From an uncultured Candidatus Saccharibacteria bacterium (GTDB taxonomy: Bacteria; Patescibacteriota; Minisyncoccia; Minisyncoccales; JAGGXC01), in assembly GCA_964445905.1 (NCBI GenBank), contig CAYUNN010000010.1, forward strand, positions 1 through 58,586: a stretch of 58,586 bases of DNA. The letters run 5' to 3'. Positions 8,067-19,034 of this stretch are shown one piece after another (the stretch's first letter is position 1; every line of letters starts with the position of its first letter). The translations under genes were made by a program, and so were the position numbers. The notes under the pieces were generated by a model, which saw only the letters and a program-made list of their open reading frames with translations, had not been told where the DNA came from and ran no database searches.

Positions 8067-8564
8067 TTAATTAGAATATTGAAAATAAAAAGAAGTTCCA
8101 TTCCAACCAGGGCTCTCTGTTTCAAAAATTCCAGTTCCTCCTCCAGGGACAGGAGAGGTTATTGATAAGTCTGCTGATTCCCCCTGGTTTTCAAGGTTAG
8201 CATAAACAGCACAATTCTTTCCTTCTTCATCGACAATATAAAAATATTTTGATTCTTCCTCTGTTCCTGTTTTCGGATCCTTTGGAATCTTCGAAAAATA
8301 TTCTTCATACTTTGGATTGTTATCAATCAGCTCTTCAGCTAGAGAAACAAGATCATACTCCCCCGCTCCTTCCTCGGGTAAATAGCAGGAATAAGTTAAC
8401 ATTTTTCCAATCTGAGAAATTTCTGCTTTTCTTTTTGAATCTCTCGCTTTAAATCGAGCACCGGAAAGCGAAATTAGAACAACGCTAGATATAATTCCGA
8501 TAATAGCTATAACAATCAAGAGTTCGACCAGAGTAAAAGCTTTTTGTTTGTTATTTAAAATCAA
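8067..8564 (-). CDS. Type IV pilin / type II secretion pseudopilin
   Basis: Class III signal KAFTLVELLIVIAIIGI; KARDSKRK and PKDP motifs. Confidence 0.88.
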   Translation of the reverse strand: MILNNKQKAFTLVELLIVIAIIGIISSVVLISLSGARFKARDSKRKAEISQIGKMLTYSCYLPEEGAGEYDLVSLAEELIDNNPKYEEYFSKIPKDPKTGTEEESKYFYIVDEEGKNCAVYANLENQGESADLSITSPVPGGGTGIFETESPGWNGTSFYFQYSN

Positions 8565-9226
8565 AGCAATTTAAAATCATTAATAATCAAACCAAAATTA
8601 TAGCCAAGATATTCAGCTGCTATTCTACAATAAACCATTCTATCGGTAAAAATTTCAAAGTATTCCATTACGGGTACAAACTCTGTATCAATTTCCAAAA
8701 TCAAATCTATTCTTTTTTCTTTGCTATTAATTCTTAATTTACTTTTTTGAGTAGCATAATTAACCCGTTCGTGAATATCTGATTTTATCTTTTCTATACC
8801 CCTAGTGATTACCCTGGAACGCCTGACGTCTGACTTGTCTGCAAGAACAGTAATCGCTGAAACCTTATTGGCAAAAGCCAAATCTCCTCTGTCGTGATTA
8901 GCAATTGCCTGCATAATAATAGCCATTTCTCTCGGCTCAAAATTATTATTAAACACTTGATGAAAAAGAAGTGCTCCCATATAGCTATGATGACTTCGAC
9001 TTAAAAAATTACCCATATCATGGCAAAAACTGGCGATAGAAGCCAGTTCTTTTTCTCTTTCGCTTAAGCCAATTGCTTCAGACAACTCTTGAGCTCTCCC
9101 TGTTACAAAGTTTGCATGAATTAATCCATGATCCGTATAAGATAGAGCAGCTAAAGCACTTCTGGTTTGTTCAATAAATTCTAAAACTTGATCATTTTTT
9201 TTAACTTCTTCTAATGTAAAATTCAT
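8561..9226 (-). CDS. HD-domain metal-dependent phosphohydrolase
   Basis: DHGLIH, CHDMGN, NHD and LADKSDV motifs. Confidence 0.88.
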   Translation of the reverse strand: MNFTLEEVKKNDQVLEFIEQTRSALAALSYTDHGLIHANFVTGRAQELSEAIGLSEREKELASIASFCHDMGNFLSRSHHSYMGALLFHQVFNNNFEPREMAIIMQAIANHDRGDLAFANKVSAITVLADKSDVRRSRVITRGIEKIKSDIHERVNYATQKSKLRINSKEKRIDLILEIDTEFVPVMEYFEIFTDRMVYCRIAAEYLGYNFGLIINDFKLL

Positions 9227-9237
9227 TTTAATGATAA

Positions 9238-9519
9238 TTAATATTTTATTCTAAAAGATTCGAATTCCCCTTTATGATCCTGCCAATCTATTTGAACATT
9301 TTTTACCGATGACCAGGCAGATCCTTTTTTCGACCATTCTATTAATTCAACCAAACAATTCTCCTCCCCTTCTGCTACTAGCTCTACTTTGCCATCATTT
9401 AAGTTTCTCACCCAGCCAGTTAGTCCAATTTTCTGAGCTTCTTTTTTAACGCTCGCTCTAAAAAACACTCCCTGTACTTTGCCAGAAATTAACAAATTGA
9501 CTCTTTTTTTATTGTCCAT
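9238..9519 (-). CDS. acyP: Acylphosphatase
   Basis: GKVQGVFFR and LTGWVRN motifs; start moved to ATG 9519, just after the upstream stop. Confidence 0.92.
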   Translation of the reverse strand: MDNKKRVNLLISGKVQGVFFRASVKKEAQKIGLTGWVRNLNDGKVELVAEGEENCLVELIEWSKKGSAWSSVKNVQIDWQDHKGEFESFRIKY

Positions 9520-9523
9520 ATTT

Positions 9524-10228
9524 TTAAAAACCAGAAAATTCACCAATATCAGAAATTGGAATAATAAAAGGTCCTTCCTGGTCAATTCCTTTCATCCCCA
9601 CTAAGCCACCTTCTATGTTAAATAGAGGGCTGCCTGCCAAAATATCTTCGTCGTAAATATCAGTTTTTATCTTGTTTTCTGTTAAGTAGCTTACAATTCC
9701 TTCGCCAACCATGTTTCTTAATTCCAATCCATCAAGGAAAGCACTCAGGAAAAACACTCTTTGTCCAAGCATAATATCATTTTTGTTAATAAAATTAACC
9801 GTTGGCCAATTGCTTCCTTCGGCTTTTAACATAACAAGACCGTCTTTTCTTTTAATAACACTGGCAACCAAATTCCCCTTTTTAGATATCAGAGTAATAT
9901 CAGAGCCCTGAGGAATAACTTCTGACACAGTAAGAATTAGACCATCTGAAGTAATAATAATGCCTGAACCGTTAACGACTTTGCCGTTAATTTTTGCTCT
10001 CGTTCCCACAACAACATTATCTATTTTTTTTATTGCTTCCCGTAGAGCAATATTTTCTTGAATGTAAAATATCTTTTCCTCGTTAATATATATAGGTCTT
10101 TTTTCTAAACCATATTCATAAAAAAGCGGTTTATCTACAAAATAAGGCCATAAAATTTGTTCAGAAAAAATTCCGCCTACTATCCCAGTTACAAATATTC
10201 CTATAATTATAATAATGTTTTTTATCAT
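9524..10228 (-). CDS. Membrane-anchored trypsin-like (HtrA-type) domain, catalytically degenerate, no PDZ
   Basis: NGSGIIITSDGLILT and GSPLFNIEGGLVG resemble HtrA, but the His/Asp/Ser triad positions are substituted. Confidence 0.8.
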   Translation of the reverse strand: MIKNIIIIIGIFVTGIVGGIFSEQILWPYFVDKPLFYEYGLEKRPIYINEEKIFYIQENIALREAIKKIDNVVVGTRAKINGKVVNGSGIIITSDGLILTVSEVIPQGSDITLISKKGNLVASVIKRKDGLVMLKAEGSNWPTVNFINKNDIMLGQRVFFLSAFLDGLELRNMVGEGIVSYLTENKIKTDIYDEDILAGSPLFNIEGGLVGMKGIDQEGPFIIPISDIGEFSGF

Positions 10229-10280
10229 CCGAATAATATAAAGCTTAAAACGTTCTTAATTTTAATATTTTTTACCAAGC

Positions 10281-12971
10281 TTATTTGCCTGCAATAACTT
10301 TTTCTTTATTATTTAATTTCAATAATTCTTTTGGTCCTCTAAAGAATAATTCTTCTTTTTTTGCCCCAATAAAAACTTGGTCGCCTTCTTTGATTTCTCC
10401 TGAAACTATTTTGAAAGCCAATGGATCTAATACTTCCTGTTGGATAACTCTTTTGAGCGGTCTTGCTCCCAGACGAGGATCAAAACCTTTTTGAGCTAGT
10501 AATCTTTTAGCTTCATTAGAAACCTTGAGTTTAAGGTTTTTTCTTTTTAATCTTTCTTTAACTTTTCTAAGCTCGAGAGTAACGATTCTACGGATTTCTT
10601 TTTCTCTTAAGTAATTAAAGATTACAATTTCATCAATTCTATTTATAAATTCAGGGCTGAATTCTTTCTTCAGAGCTTCGGAAACTTTTTCTCTTAACCT
10701 TTCTTGGTTCCCCTTATAGCTATCTTTGCCAAATCCAAGACTGCTCATCTCTTTAATATTTTCAGAACCAGCGTTAGAAGTCATAATTAAAATACAGTTC
10801 TTGAAAGAAGCTGTTCTTCCTTTAGCGTCAGTTAATCTTCCATCCTCTAAAATTTGAAGAAGAATATTAAATACTTCCGGATGAGCTTTTTCAATTTCGT
10901 CTAAAAGAACAACCGAATAAGGTCTTCTTCTTATTTTGTCGGTTAATTGACCTCCGTCATCGTGACCAACATAACCGGGCGGAGAACCAATCATCTTGGA
11001 AATATCATGTTTCTCCATATACTCAGACATGTCTAGCCTGACTAATGCTGACTCGTCGTTAAACAAAAACTCAGCAAGTGCTCTCGCAGTCTCAGTCTTT
11101 CCTACACCGGTAGGACCTAAGAACATAAAAGAACCGAGAGGCTGATCTTCTTCTGAAATACCCGCTCTTGACCTGCGAATTGCAGCAGAAACTGCTTTTA
11201 TTGCTTTTTCCTGGCCAACAACTCTTTTCTCCAAAATGTTCTCCATTCTGGTCAGCTTTTGAGACTCACTCTCCATTAATTTTGTAACCGGAACTCCAGT
11301 CCAGCGAGAAATAACTCCTGCTATATCTTCTTCTGTAACTTCTTGTTTAAGAAGACAGTGCTTTTTTTGAACTTTAATTAATTTTTTCTCGGCAGAATTT
11401 AATTCTTTTTCCAGTTCGGGAATCTTTCCATACTTTATCTCAGCCACTTTCTGAAGATCGGGAATCTGACCCATTTCAAGCTGAGAGAACAAAGAATCTA
11501 TTTTCCCTTTCAGATCTTTAATCTTAGAGATTAATTCTTTTTCTATCCTCCATTTAACTTCTATCTCTTCGGCTCTTTCTTTTAAATCGGCCAGGCTTCT
11601 TTTTATCGCTTTATATCTTCTCTTTGCTTTATTTTCTTTTTCATTTTTCAAAGCTTCTTTCTCAATTTCGAGTTTATTAATTTCTTGTTTTAACTCATCT
11701 AACTCGACTGGATCCGATTCAATCTCCAGTCTCAAGCCAGAAGCAGCCTCGTCCATTAAATCAACGGCTTTGTCAGGAAGAAACCTTCCTGTAATATACC
11801 TACGGGATAATTCTGTTGCAGCTATCAAGGCGGAATCCTTTATCTTCACTCCGTGATGAACTTCATATTTTTCTTTAAGTCCCCTCATTATTGCAATAGT
11901 GTCTTCAACCGAAGGTTCAGAAACATAAATAGGCTGAAACCTTCTTTCTAACGCCCCGTCTCTTTCTATGTATCTTTGATATTCTTTTGATGTCGTTGCT
12001 CCGATTGCTCTTAATTCTCCTTTTGCTAGAGCAGGTTTAAGCAAATTTGACGCATCTACCGCTCCTTCCGCCTTTCCAGCGCCAACGATTGTATGCAGCT
12101 CATCAATAAAAAGAATATAGCTGTCTTTTGCTTTTCTTAATTCTTTTAAGAAAATCTTTATTCTATTTTCAAATTCCCCCCTAAATTTAGTTCCTGCCAC
12201 CAAAGAGCCGATATCCAGAGAAATAAGCTGTTTATTTTTCAAACTTTCAGGGACTGACCCTTTGACTATTCTCTGAGCTAATCCTTCAACTATAGCGGTT
12301 TTTCCTACGCCTGCCTCGCCGATTAAAACAGGGTTATTTTTTGTTCTTCTGGATAATACCTGCATCAGTCTTCTAATCTCGGACTCTCTTCCAATAACTG
12401 GGTCTAATTTTTGAGCTTTGGCTTCTTTGGTTAAATTACGAGCATACTTTTCAATCACCTGATACTTTGATTCGGGATTGGGATCGGTTATCTTCTGATC
12501 CCCTCTTATATTATTAAGGGTTTTCAATATAGAATTATAGTCCAACTTATTAAATTCAATTTCGCTTCCAACCAGGCTAGTTTTAATTAATACTTCTTTT
12601 GCTTTATTCTCTATTTGAATTAAAGCTAATAACAAATGCTCTACTGAAACATATTCATCCCCCATTTTCATTGCTTCTTCTTTCGCCCTGTTCAAAACAT
12701 CTCCCATGTCCTGAGTTAAGTAAAAATGACCGACTCCTTGGGGATTAACTGCTTGAGGAATATTTTTGATAGCCTTTTTTGTCCTTTTTCTTAAGTCATC
12801 AATGTCTGCTCCCATTTCCTGAAGAATAGTGAAAACTATTCCATTTTGCTGAAAAAGCAACGCCAAAAGCAGATGCAAAGCATCGACTTGTTGATGATTC
12901 TCTTTCTGAGCAATAGATCTAGCTTTTAATATTGCCTGTTGAGTTTTATGAGTAAAATTTGAACCGTTCAT
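10281..12971 (-). CDS. clpB: ATP-dependent chaperone ClpB
   Basis: Clp N domain, two AAA+ modules ([16 protein letters not shown]) and a long coiled-coil M domain. Confidence 0.95.
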   Translation of the reverse strand: MNGSNFTHKTQQAILKARSIAQKENHQQVDALHLLLALLFQQNGIVFTILQEMGADIDDLRKRTKKAIKNIPQAVNPQGVGHFYLTQDMGDVLNRAKEEAMKMGDEYVSVEHLLLALIQIENKAKEVLIKTSLVGSEIEFNKLDYNSILKTLNNIRGDQKITDPNPESKYQVIEKYARNLTKEAKAQKLDPVIGRESEIRRLMQVLSRRTKNNPVLIGEAGVGKTAIVEGLAQRIVKGSVPESLKNKQLISLDIGSLVAGTKFRGEFENRIKIFLKELRKAKDSYILFIDELHTIVGAGKAEGAVDASNLLKPALAKGELRAIGATTSKEYQRYIERDGALERRFQPIYVSEPSVEDTIAIMRGLKEKYEVHHGVKIKDSALIAATELSRRYITGRFLPDKAVDLMDEAASGLRLEIESDPVELDELKQEINKLEIEKEALKNEKENKAKRRYKAIKRSLADLKERAEEIEVKWRIEKELISKIKDLKGKIDSLFSQLEMGQIPDLQKVAEIKYGKIPELEKELNSAEKKLIKVQKKHCLLKQEVTEEDIAGVISRWTGVPVTKLMESESQKLTRMENILEKRVVGQEKAIKAVSAAIRRSRAGISEEDQPLGSFMFLGPTGVGKTETARALAEFLFNDESALVRLDMSEYMEKHDISKMIGSPPGYVGHDDGGQLTDKIRRRPYSVVLLDEIEKAHPEVFNILLQILEDGRLTDAKGRTASFKNCILIMTSNAGSENIKEMSSLGFGKDSYKGNQERLREKVSEALKKEFSPEFINRIDEIVIFNYLREKEIRRIVTLELRKVKERLKRKNLKLKVSNEAKRLLAQKGFDPRLGARPLKRVIQQEVLDPLAFKIVSGEIKEGDQVFIGAKKEELFFRGPKELLKLNNKEKVIAGK

Positions 12972-13013
12972 AGCAATTACTTATTAGCAAAATATTTTAT
13001 AAAGTCAACCTTT

Positions 13014-14258
13014 TCATTTTTGTCTTTCAGAAAAAATTAATTGTAAATCAAGTTCTTCTTCTCCTCTTAGAACCCTTAAACTTACCTCATCTCCTGGATC
13101 ATATTTAAATAAAATGTCCGCCAAGGAATTATCTAAAGTAATTTTTTCGTCGTTTATTTCAAGGATTATATCTTCTCCTCTAATTCCAGATTTATCCGCA
13201 GGAGAACCAGGGAAAATTGCTTCTTCAATTTTTTCTCCCTTGCTGTTTCGTCCCACCCATGCTCCGTAATCAACAGGAAGATTATAATCTTCTTTAAGGC
13301 TTTTAGTTACGGGAGTATAATAAACTCCTATAAAAGGATAGGTAATTTTTCCTTCTTCTCTAATTTGTTCGATATCTCTCTTGGCTTTGTTGACCGGAAT
13401 AGCAAAACTAATGTTTTGTGCGTCTAAAGCCGTAGCGGTATTAATTCCAACTACTTCTCCTTTTAAATTAAGCAGAGGACCTCCTGAATTTCCTTTATTG
13501 ATCGCTGCATCTGTTTGAATAACATCATCGATCGTTTCCACTATTCCTCCTCCAGAAGCAGTTACTGTTCGCCCAAGTCCAGAAATTACTCCTACCGAAA
13601 CCGTATTTCTAAATTCACCCAGCGCGTTTCCTATCGCAACAACCGTTTGCCCAATTTTTAGATCGGATGAATCTCCAAGCTTTACAACGGGAAAATTAAC
13701 TTCACTTTCTTTTATTTGCAAGACTGCTAAATCTTGGACTGGATCTTTAGCTAAGACCTGAGCTGGAAATTTTTCTCCGTCATTAGTAAAAATTGTATAC
13801 TCGGCATCTTCATCCATTACAACATGTTTGTTGGTAATAACCATTCCGTCTTCTGAAACAATAAAGCCAGAACCTCCTCCTATTTCTCTTTTTTCAGTTC
13901 CTTTTTGACGATATTGAGGTATTTCAAAGTAAAACTCCCCTCCAAAAGGATTGATATAATATTCTTCGAAAACCGGCATGTCCTTTGTTATAATAATACT
14001 TACAACAGCAGGGGAAGCTCTTTCAACTACTTCAACTACAGCTTGCTCTTGAGGGATTATAGAAGAACGATCAACAATATTTTCTGTTTTTTCGGAATCG
14101 GATAAATCTAAATTTAATCTTGAAAGAATGCTTTTAGCTTCTGAGTAATAATAATTACTTGAAATAATTCCCGCACAAAAACCAAAAAAAGAAGAGAGAA
14201 GGACAATCAAAAGAATGATTATTGAAATTTTTCTTATCTCTTTCATTTTAACTTGCAA
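13014..14258 (-). CDS. htrA: HtrA/DegP-family serine protease with PDZ domain
   Basis: TNKHVV, DLAVL and GNSGGPL triad; C-terminal PDZ; the start may be ATG 14246. Confidence 0.92.
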   Translation of the reverse strand: MQVKMKEIRKISIIILLIVLLSSFFGFCAGIISSNYYYSEAKSILSRLNLDLSDSEKTENIVDRSSIIPQEQAVVEVVERASPAVVSIIITKDMPVFEEYYINPFGGEFYFEIPQYRQKGTEKREIGGGSGFIVSEDGMVITNKHVVMDEDAEYTIFTNDGEKFPAQVLAKDPVQDLAVLQIKESEVNFPVVKLGDSSDLKIGQTVVAIGNALGEFRNTVSVGVISGLGRTVTASGGGIVETIDDVIQTDAAINKGNSGGPLLNLKGEVVGINTATALDAQNISFAIPVNKAKRDIEQIREEGKITYPFIGVYYTPVTKSLKEDYNLPVDYGAWVGRNSKGEKIEEAIFPGSPADKSGIRGEDIILEINDEKITLDNSLADILFKYDPGDEVSLRVLRGEEELDLQLIFSERQK

Positions 14259-14331
14259 ATTAAAAAGTTAATTAATAGCTATTATTATTTTATCAATTTT
14301 GCCCTAAAAATCAATTTCAAAAAAATATCAA

Positions 14332-15333
14332 TTATAGACTCTTAGCTTCATTCCAAATACTAGGCATATCTTTCTCTTCTTTCATCCAGTACCACCATTC
14401 CGCTCCCCAGAGATAAAAATAATCAAACCCAGTTTTTTTTGCAAAATTAATATTATCTCTAAACTGTTCTAAATTCATAGTCTCTCCATGTTCTTCAAAA
14501 GGAAGATCGGGAACTGGCACTCGCCCCCATGGTTCTGCTTGTAATTCTCCACAAATCACTTTTTTGCCAAAAATCTTATCTATAATTTGAGATTTTCGCC
14601 AATAAAAAACAGGTGGAAAAGGGTAATTAACGTACCTATCAAACTCATGAAACCAAACTTTTCTATAAAGACTGATACTTACTATATCTCCTATCCTAGC
14701 CACCTTAAACCAAAACCTATTCGAGCCAGAATCACTAATAACCACAGGACGATTTTTGAAATCAAGCGATTTGACAAGACCGACCTCTTTTCTTAAAAAT
14801 ACTCCCGAAACTTCGTATGATTCTGGACAACCGCCGAACTCAAAAAAGGGTTCGTTTTCAACTTGCCAAGCCCAGATAGAATCGTTTTCTCTATATCTCA
14901 GAATAACTTTCTCAATCATTTCTAAGGTAGATTCTTTTTGTTCTTCTTTATTAAGATTTTCTGCCCATTGGGGAATATGACACTCTGGCCAACGAGGGAC
15001 TTTCCTTCCTAAGACAAGCATCACTCCGACGTCTCTCTTCTCTGCCTCATTTATCTTGAAGTCTAAATCATCAAAATAATACTCACCTTTTTGAGGTTCT
15101 ATCAAATCCCAGTAAGCAATAATTTTTACGTTGGATATTTCTAAATCATCCAACAATGCAAGATAATTCTCTTTCCAATCAAGCCCTAATTCTTCAGAAT
15201 ATTTTTGAGAAAAAGCAACCCCCCATGAAATATCGTCTGCAATTGGCGCCCTCCCGATAAAAAGCCAACAAAAAAATATCAGCACTAAAACTCCAATTAT
15301 TCCAAGAATTAATTTTAATTTCTTTTTAATCAT
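14332..15333 (-). CDS. Membrane-anchored clan GH-A glycoside hydrolase
   Basis: N-terminal TM helix; YWDLIEP, WQVENEP (acid/base), ELQAEPW and YLWG motifs. Confidence 0.8.
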   Translation of the reverse strand: MIKKKLKLILGIIGVLVLIFFCWLFIGRAPIADDISWGVAFSQKYSEELGLDWKENYLALLDDLEISNVKIIAYWDLIEPQKGEYYFDDLDFKINEAEKRDVGVMLVLGRKVPRWPECHIPQWAENLNKEEQKESTLEMIEKVILRYRENDSIWAWQVENEPFFEFGGCPESYEVSGVFLRKEVGLVKSLDFKNRPVVISDSGSNRFWFKVARIGDIVSISLYRKVWFHEFDRYVNYPFPPVFYWRKSQIIDKIFGKKVICGELQAEPWGRVPVPDLPFEEHGETMNLEQFRDNINFAKKTGFDYFYLWGAEWWYWMKEEKDMPSIWNEAKSL

Positions 15334-15337
15334 TTTT

Positions 15338-16324
15338 TTATAATGACAAGAAAAATAATCCTAGCACTATTAACCAAATAGCCAATGTTTTTTGAGCTAT
15401 TACCTTTCTGGATATTTCTTCTTTTAATATATTGGGAAACTTAAAAAATAAAAAGGTAGCAAGGATTATTAAAAATATATATTGAAATCCAGCTAGGGCA
15501 TTAATTATAGGGAGGAATATAACGGGGGCTAAGAATATTGCTCCATTTTGTAAAACATTGGCCAGAGCGGCAGAGCCCTTACACAAAATGAATGGTAAAG
15601 CTATTTTCTTCTTCGCAAAACTTTTTTGCTCGTTAAAAACCTTCATCCTTACTTCGCGGAAAAAAAGAAAACAAAGAGCAGTAAGAAAAGAGCCAACTTT
15701 CATCCAGATAAAACCAGTCCAAAAAGGCAAAAAATTATAGACTATCTTAATAAAAATAAAAGACAAGCCAAAAAGAAAAGAGGCAACCAAACACATTTTC
15801 AAACTCCTAAAAGTATCTGTTTTTTCTTTATGTAAACTCAAAGAAAAACTTCCTAGCATTAGAAATATTAAAGCAAGAATTTTATAGGCATCCATTCCTT
15901 CTTTTTCAAAACCAAGATTGATGGGAATAAAAGTAAAAATATAAATAAAACCCAGGGTAAATAAAGGAATAATTGCTCCAACCATCGGGCCAACCCTTGA
16001 AACTTCAAATTCAATCACGCTCTTGTAATAAAAAAACAAAGACAAGAGAAAAAGAGCGCCAGCGGAGAAACTTAAAATAACTAAAGGAAAGCTTGGAAGA
16101 ACAGCGACTTCGAGAGGGTCAGGAAATATTCTTTGCAAAGGAGTTAAAAAACCAACAGAAATTAAAAATCCAATAGGAATTAAAAGAACAACGGGCAAGG
16201 AAAGAATCCCCGTATAGAAAGAATACATTTTAGGAGAAGGCAAAGATCCTCCTAAAATATATTTGTCCAAAAAAGCTGCTATTGCTAAAAGGATATAACT
16301 TAAAACTGCTAAAGTAAGCCACAT
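15338..16324 (-). CDS. EamA/DMT-like multi-pass membrane transporter
   Basis: About 10 TM helices; AFLDKYIL, EVSRVGP and LKEEIS repeats typical of DMT. Confidence 0.72.
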   Translation of the reverse strand: MWLTLAVLSYILLAIAAFLDKYILGGSLPSPKMYSFYTGILSLPVVLLIPIGFLISVGFLTPLQRIFPDPLEVAVLPSFPLVILSFSAGALFLLSLFFYYKSVIEFEVSRVGPMVGAIIPLFTLGFIYIFTFIPINLGFEKEGMDAYKILALIFLMLGSFSLSLHKEKTDTFRSLKMCLVASFLFGLSFIFIKIVYNFLPFWTGFIWMKVGSFLTALCFLFFREVRMKVFNEQKSFAKKKIALPFILCKGSAALANVLQNGAIFLAPVIFLPIINALAGFQYIFLIILATFLFFKFPNILKEEISRKVIAQKTLAIWLIVLGLFFLSL

Positions 16325-16330
16325 AATAAA

Positions 16331-17509
16331 TTAAATTTCTAAACTATTATTTTTACAAATATTAGCATAAAAAAATGCACTAGAGCGAGGTATTCTTGCC
16401 ATTGTTTCGTAATCAATTTCCACTAGTCCGAATTTTGGTCTAAACCCCTTATCCCACTCCAAGTTATCCATCAAAGACCAGTGAAGATAACCTCTTACGT
16501 CTACCCCTTCCCTTGTTGCCCTATGAATCATTAATAAATGATCTCTGATAAAATTCTCTCTTAATGAATCATTGGCATCGGCTAACCCGTTTTCTGTAAT
16601 ATAAATCGGTTTTTTGAACCTAGCTAAACTCTTCAGAACATGATAAATTCCTTCGGGATAAATTTCCCAGGCCAAATCACTTACTATTTTGTTTTCATTA
16701 TGATCAAGCCAATTACCCGGCTTTGAAAAACTAAATCTAAGTTTTCTGTGAAAATAATAATTCAATCCAATAAAATCTATTTCTTCTTTAATATAATTTA
16801 AAAAATAATCATTCCAAAAACAATCAGCAATTTTTACTAAAAATCTATTTATTTTTTTGTTATCATAAGCTTCAAAAAATATATTACTCTTAGCAATTGA
16901 AACCTTGGCTTTATTATTAAAACTATGAATAATTCTATAAGATTCCTTGTGCGCCTTGCCAAGCCTTTTAAGAACTTTGTATCCTCTTAATAGACTTTTA
17001 TTTTGAGGAGGCCATTCACCCTTAACATAGGAATGACCAGTATAAATCATTGGCTCGTTGAAAGTTATCCAAAAATCAACACACCTTCCTAATTCTTTTG
17101 CAGCTTTTTTTACATAATTTGAAAAATAATCCGGTGATTTAGAATTTAACCAACCTCCTTTTTCCATAAACCAAACAGGAAGAGTCCAATGGTTTAAAGT
17201 AACAAAAGATTTAATCCCTCTTTCTCTTAAGGCCATTAATACTTTTTTATAATGATCTAACTCTTTTTGATCAAATTCTCCTTCTCGAGGCTCTATTCTT
17301 GACCATTCAAGAGAAAAACGAAAAGCATTCTGATTAAGCATTCTTATTAAATCAAAATCATCTTCGTATCTATTATAATGATCGCAAGCTTTTCCTGCTG
17401 GAAAAAAGTGAGACCAATCACAATTGTCTATCCCCCCTTCTGTCTGATAAGAGGAAACAGAAGAACCCCACAAAAAACCTTCTGGAAATTTTAAAACTTT
17501 TTCTTTCAT
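16331..17509 (-). CDS. Glycoside hydrolase family 1 (beta-glucosidase)
   Basis: FPEGFLWG, RFSLEWSRIEP, TFNEP and ITENG catalytic motifs. Confidence 0.95.
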   Translation of the reverse strand: MKEKVLKFPEGFLWGSSVSSYQTEGGIDNCDWSHFFPAGKACDHYNRYEDDFDLIRMLNQNAFRFSLEWSRIEPREGEFDQKELDHYKKVLMALRERGIKSFVTLNHWTLPVWFMEKGGWLNSKSPDYFSNYVKKAAKELGRCVDFWITFNEPMIYTGHSYVKGEWPPQNKSLLRGYKVLKRLGKAHKESYRIIHSFNNKAKVSIAKSNIFFEAYDNKKINRFLVKIADCFWNDYFLNYIKEEIDFIGLNYYFHRKLRFSFSKPGNWLDHNENKIVSDLAWEIYPEGIYHVLKSLARFKKPIYITENGLADANDSLRENFIRDHLLMIHRATREGVDVRGYLHWSLMDNLEWDKGFRPKFGLVEIDYETMARIPRSSAFFYANICKNNSLEI

Positions 17510-17532
17510 TTATTTATAATAACACATTTATG

Positions 17533-19032
17533 CTAATAACTTAAAAAACTAATCTTTTTTCTTTTATTTAATTGCCAAGAAAAATAAAAAAGGAAACAAT
17601 AAAAAATAGCCAGAAGAGACCGAGAAAAAATACTTATTCTCAAAGAAGAAAAAGGAAAATTAGCAAACCAATTAATTACCAAAACAACATAAGTTAAAAA
17701 TAGCCAAGAAAACCAAGAAAGAATCCAACCCCAAAAAGGAAAGAAAAGTCCAATAAAACTAAATAAAAATCCCGTTCCAATTAAAATGGGCAGAACAGGC
17801 AGAACAAGAATATTGGTTAAAAAAGTCACCAAAGAAAATGATCCAAAATTATAAAGCAAAAGAGGAAAAACAAATATCTGAGCAGAAATAGTCATAGAAA
17901 TAATACTGGCAAGATTTAAAAAATTATACTTTAAAAACTTTCTTAGCCAATACTCTAAAGAAGGAGCTAAAAGAATTATTCCCGTCACCGCTAAAAAAGA
18001 AAGTTGGAAACCAACATCGTGCCTCAAAAGAAGAGGATTGAAAGCTAAAATTCCTGCAGCAGTAAAAACAATCGCCCTGAAAGATGAAGATTGTCTTCCT
18101 AGTCTTTGAGCTAAAAGAAAAAATCCTACCATAATTCCTGCCCGAACGGCTGAGGCGGGCATGCCTATCATTAAAATAAAAAAGATTAAAGAGATAATAG
18201 TTAAATAAAAGGAATGTTTTCTATGGAGTCCAACTCCGATTAAAAAACTCATCAAAACAGAGGAAATAATCACTATGTGCATCCCGGAAATCGCGGTTAT
18301 GTGCCTCAGCCCGGAAACACTTAACTTATCTTTAAGCTCATCAGACATTCTCTTTTTATCTCCCAATATAAGAGAGCTCAGAATAGAACTTTGAGGAGGA
18401 GACAAATTATTATGGATTACCTCTCTTAATTTATTTTTAAGAGAGAGAACCTTAGCCAAAAATAAATTACCTTCTTCGCCCGATATCTTTTCCACTTTTG
18501 GCCAGTAAATAACAGAATAAATTCCATCTTTAGCTAGATAGCTTTTGTAATCAAAATCTTCTAAGACAGGAGGATTTTCAAGTTTTCCTTTAATCAAAAG
18601 TCTGTCTCCATAATCATAATCACTATAACGGCCCAGGGTAACAAGAACTTTCCCATCAATCTTTTCTTCAAAAATCTTATCAATCCTTACTTCTAATTTA
18701 ATATTAGCTTCTCTCACGTCTGGCTCGTCCGAAACTACACCTTCTAAAATAACTATTTCTTCTAGATCATTGTAATTATTTAATCCGCTACTTGCTATTT
18801 TTATTTCTTCCTTCTGATAAACAAAGAAACCAGATAAAATAAAAATAAAACAGAAAGCTAAAATAATTATTTCTTCTTTTCCTTTAATCAAATAAAGGAA
18901 AATAAATATAAAAGATAGAATAAAAACAAAAAAGGCCAGCGTAGTTAACTGGTTGAAAGAAAGAAAAGAGCTAATTCCTATCCCGACAATAAAAGAGAAA
19001 CAAAAGAAAAGAAATATTTTAGAAAGGCTCAT
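17533..19032 (-). CDS. comEC: ComEC/Rec2 DNA uptake channel (OB + Competence domains; no beta-lactamase domain)
   Basis: GLRHITAISGMH, SAVRAGIM and GFQLSFLA motifs. Confidence 0.92.
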   Translation of the reverse strand: MSLSKIFLFFCFSFIVGIGISSFLSFNQLTTLAFFVFILSFIFIFLYLIKGKEEIIILAFCFIFILSGFFVYQKEEIKIASSGLNNYNDLEEIVILEGVVSDEPDVREANIKLEVRIDKIFEEKIDGKVLVTLGRYSDYDYGDRLLIKGKLENPPVLEDFDYKSYLAKDGIYSVIYWPKVEKISGEEGNLFLAKVLSLKNKLREVIHNNLSPPQSSILSSLILGDKKRMSDELKDKLSVSGLRHITAISGMHIVIISSVLMSFLIGVGLHRKHSFYLTIISLIFFILMIGMPASAVRAGIMVGFFLLAQRLGRQSSSFRAIVFTAAGILAFNPLLLRHDVGFQLSFLAVTGIILLAPSLEYWLRKFLKYNFLNLASIISMTISAQIFVFPLLLYNFGSFSLVTFLTNILVLPVLPILIGTGFLFSFIGLFFPFWGWILSWFSWLFLTYVVLVINWFANFPFSSLRISIFSRSLLAIFYCFLFYFSWQLNKRKKISFLSY

Positions 19033-19034
19033 TA

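Noticed and set aside
9520-9585. N-terminal extensions of acylphosphatase, yvcK (36069..36113) and tatD (41814..41867) in the ORF track
   Set aside because: They overlap upstream genes, promoters or terminators. Family motifs begin at the downstream ATGs.
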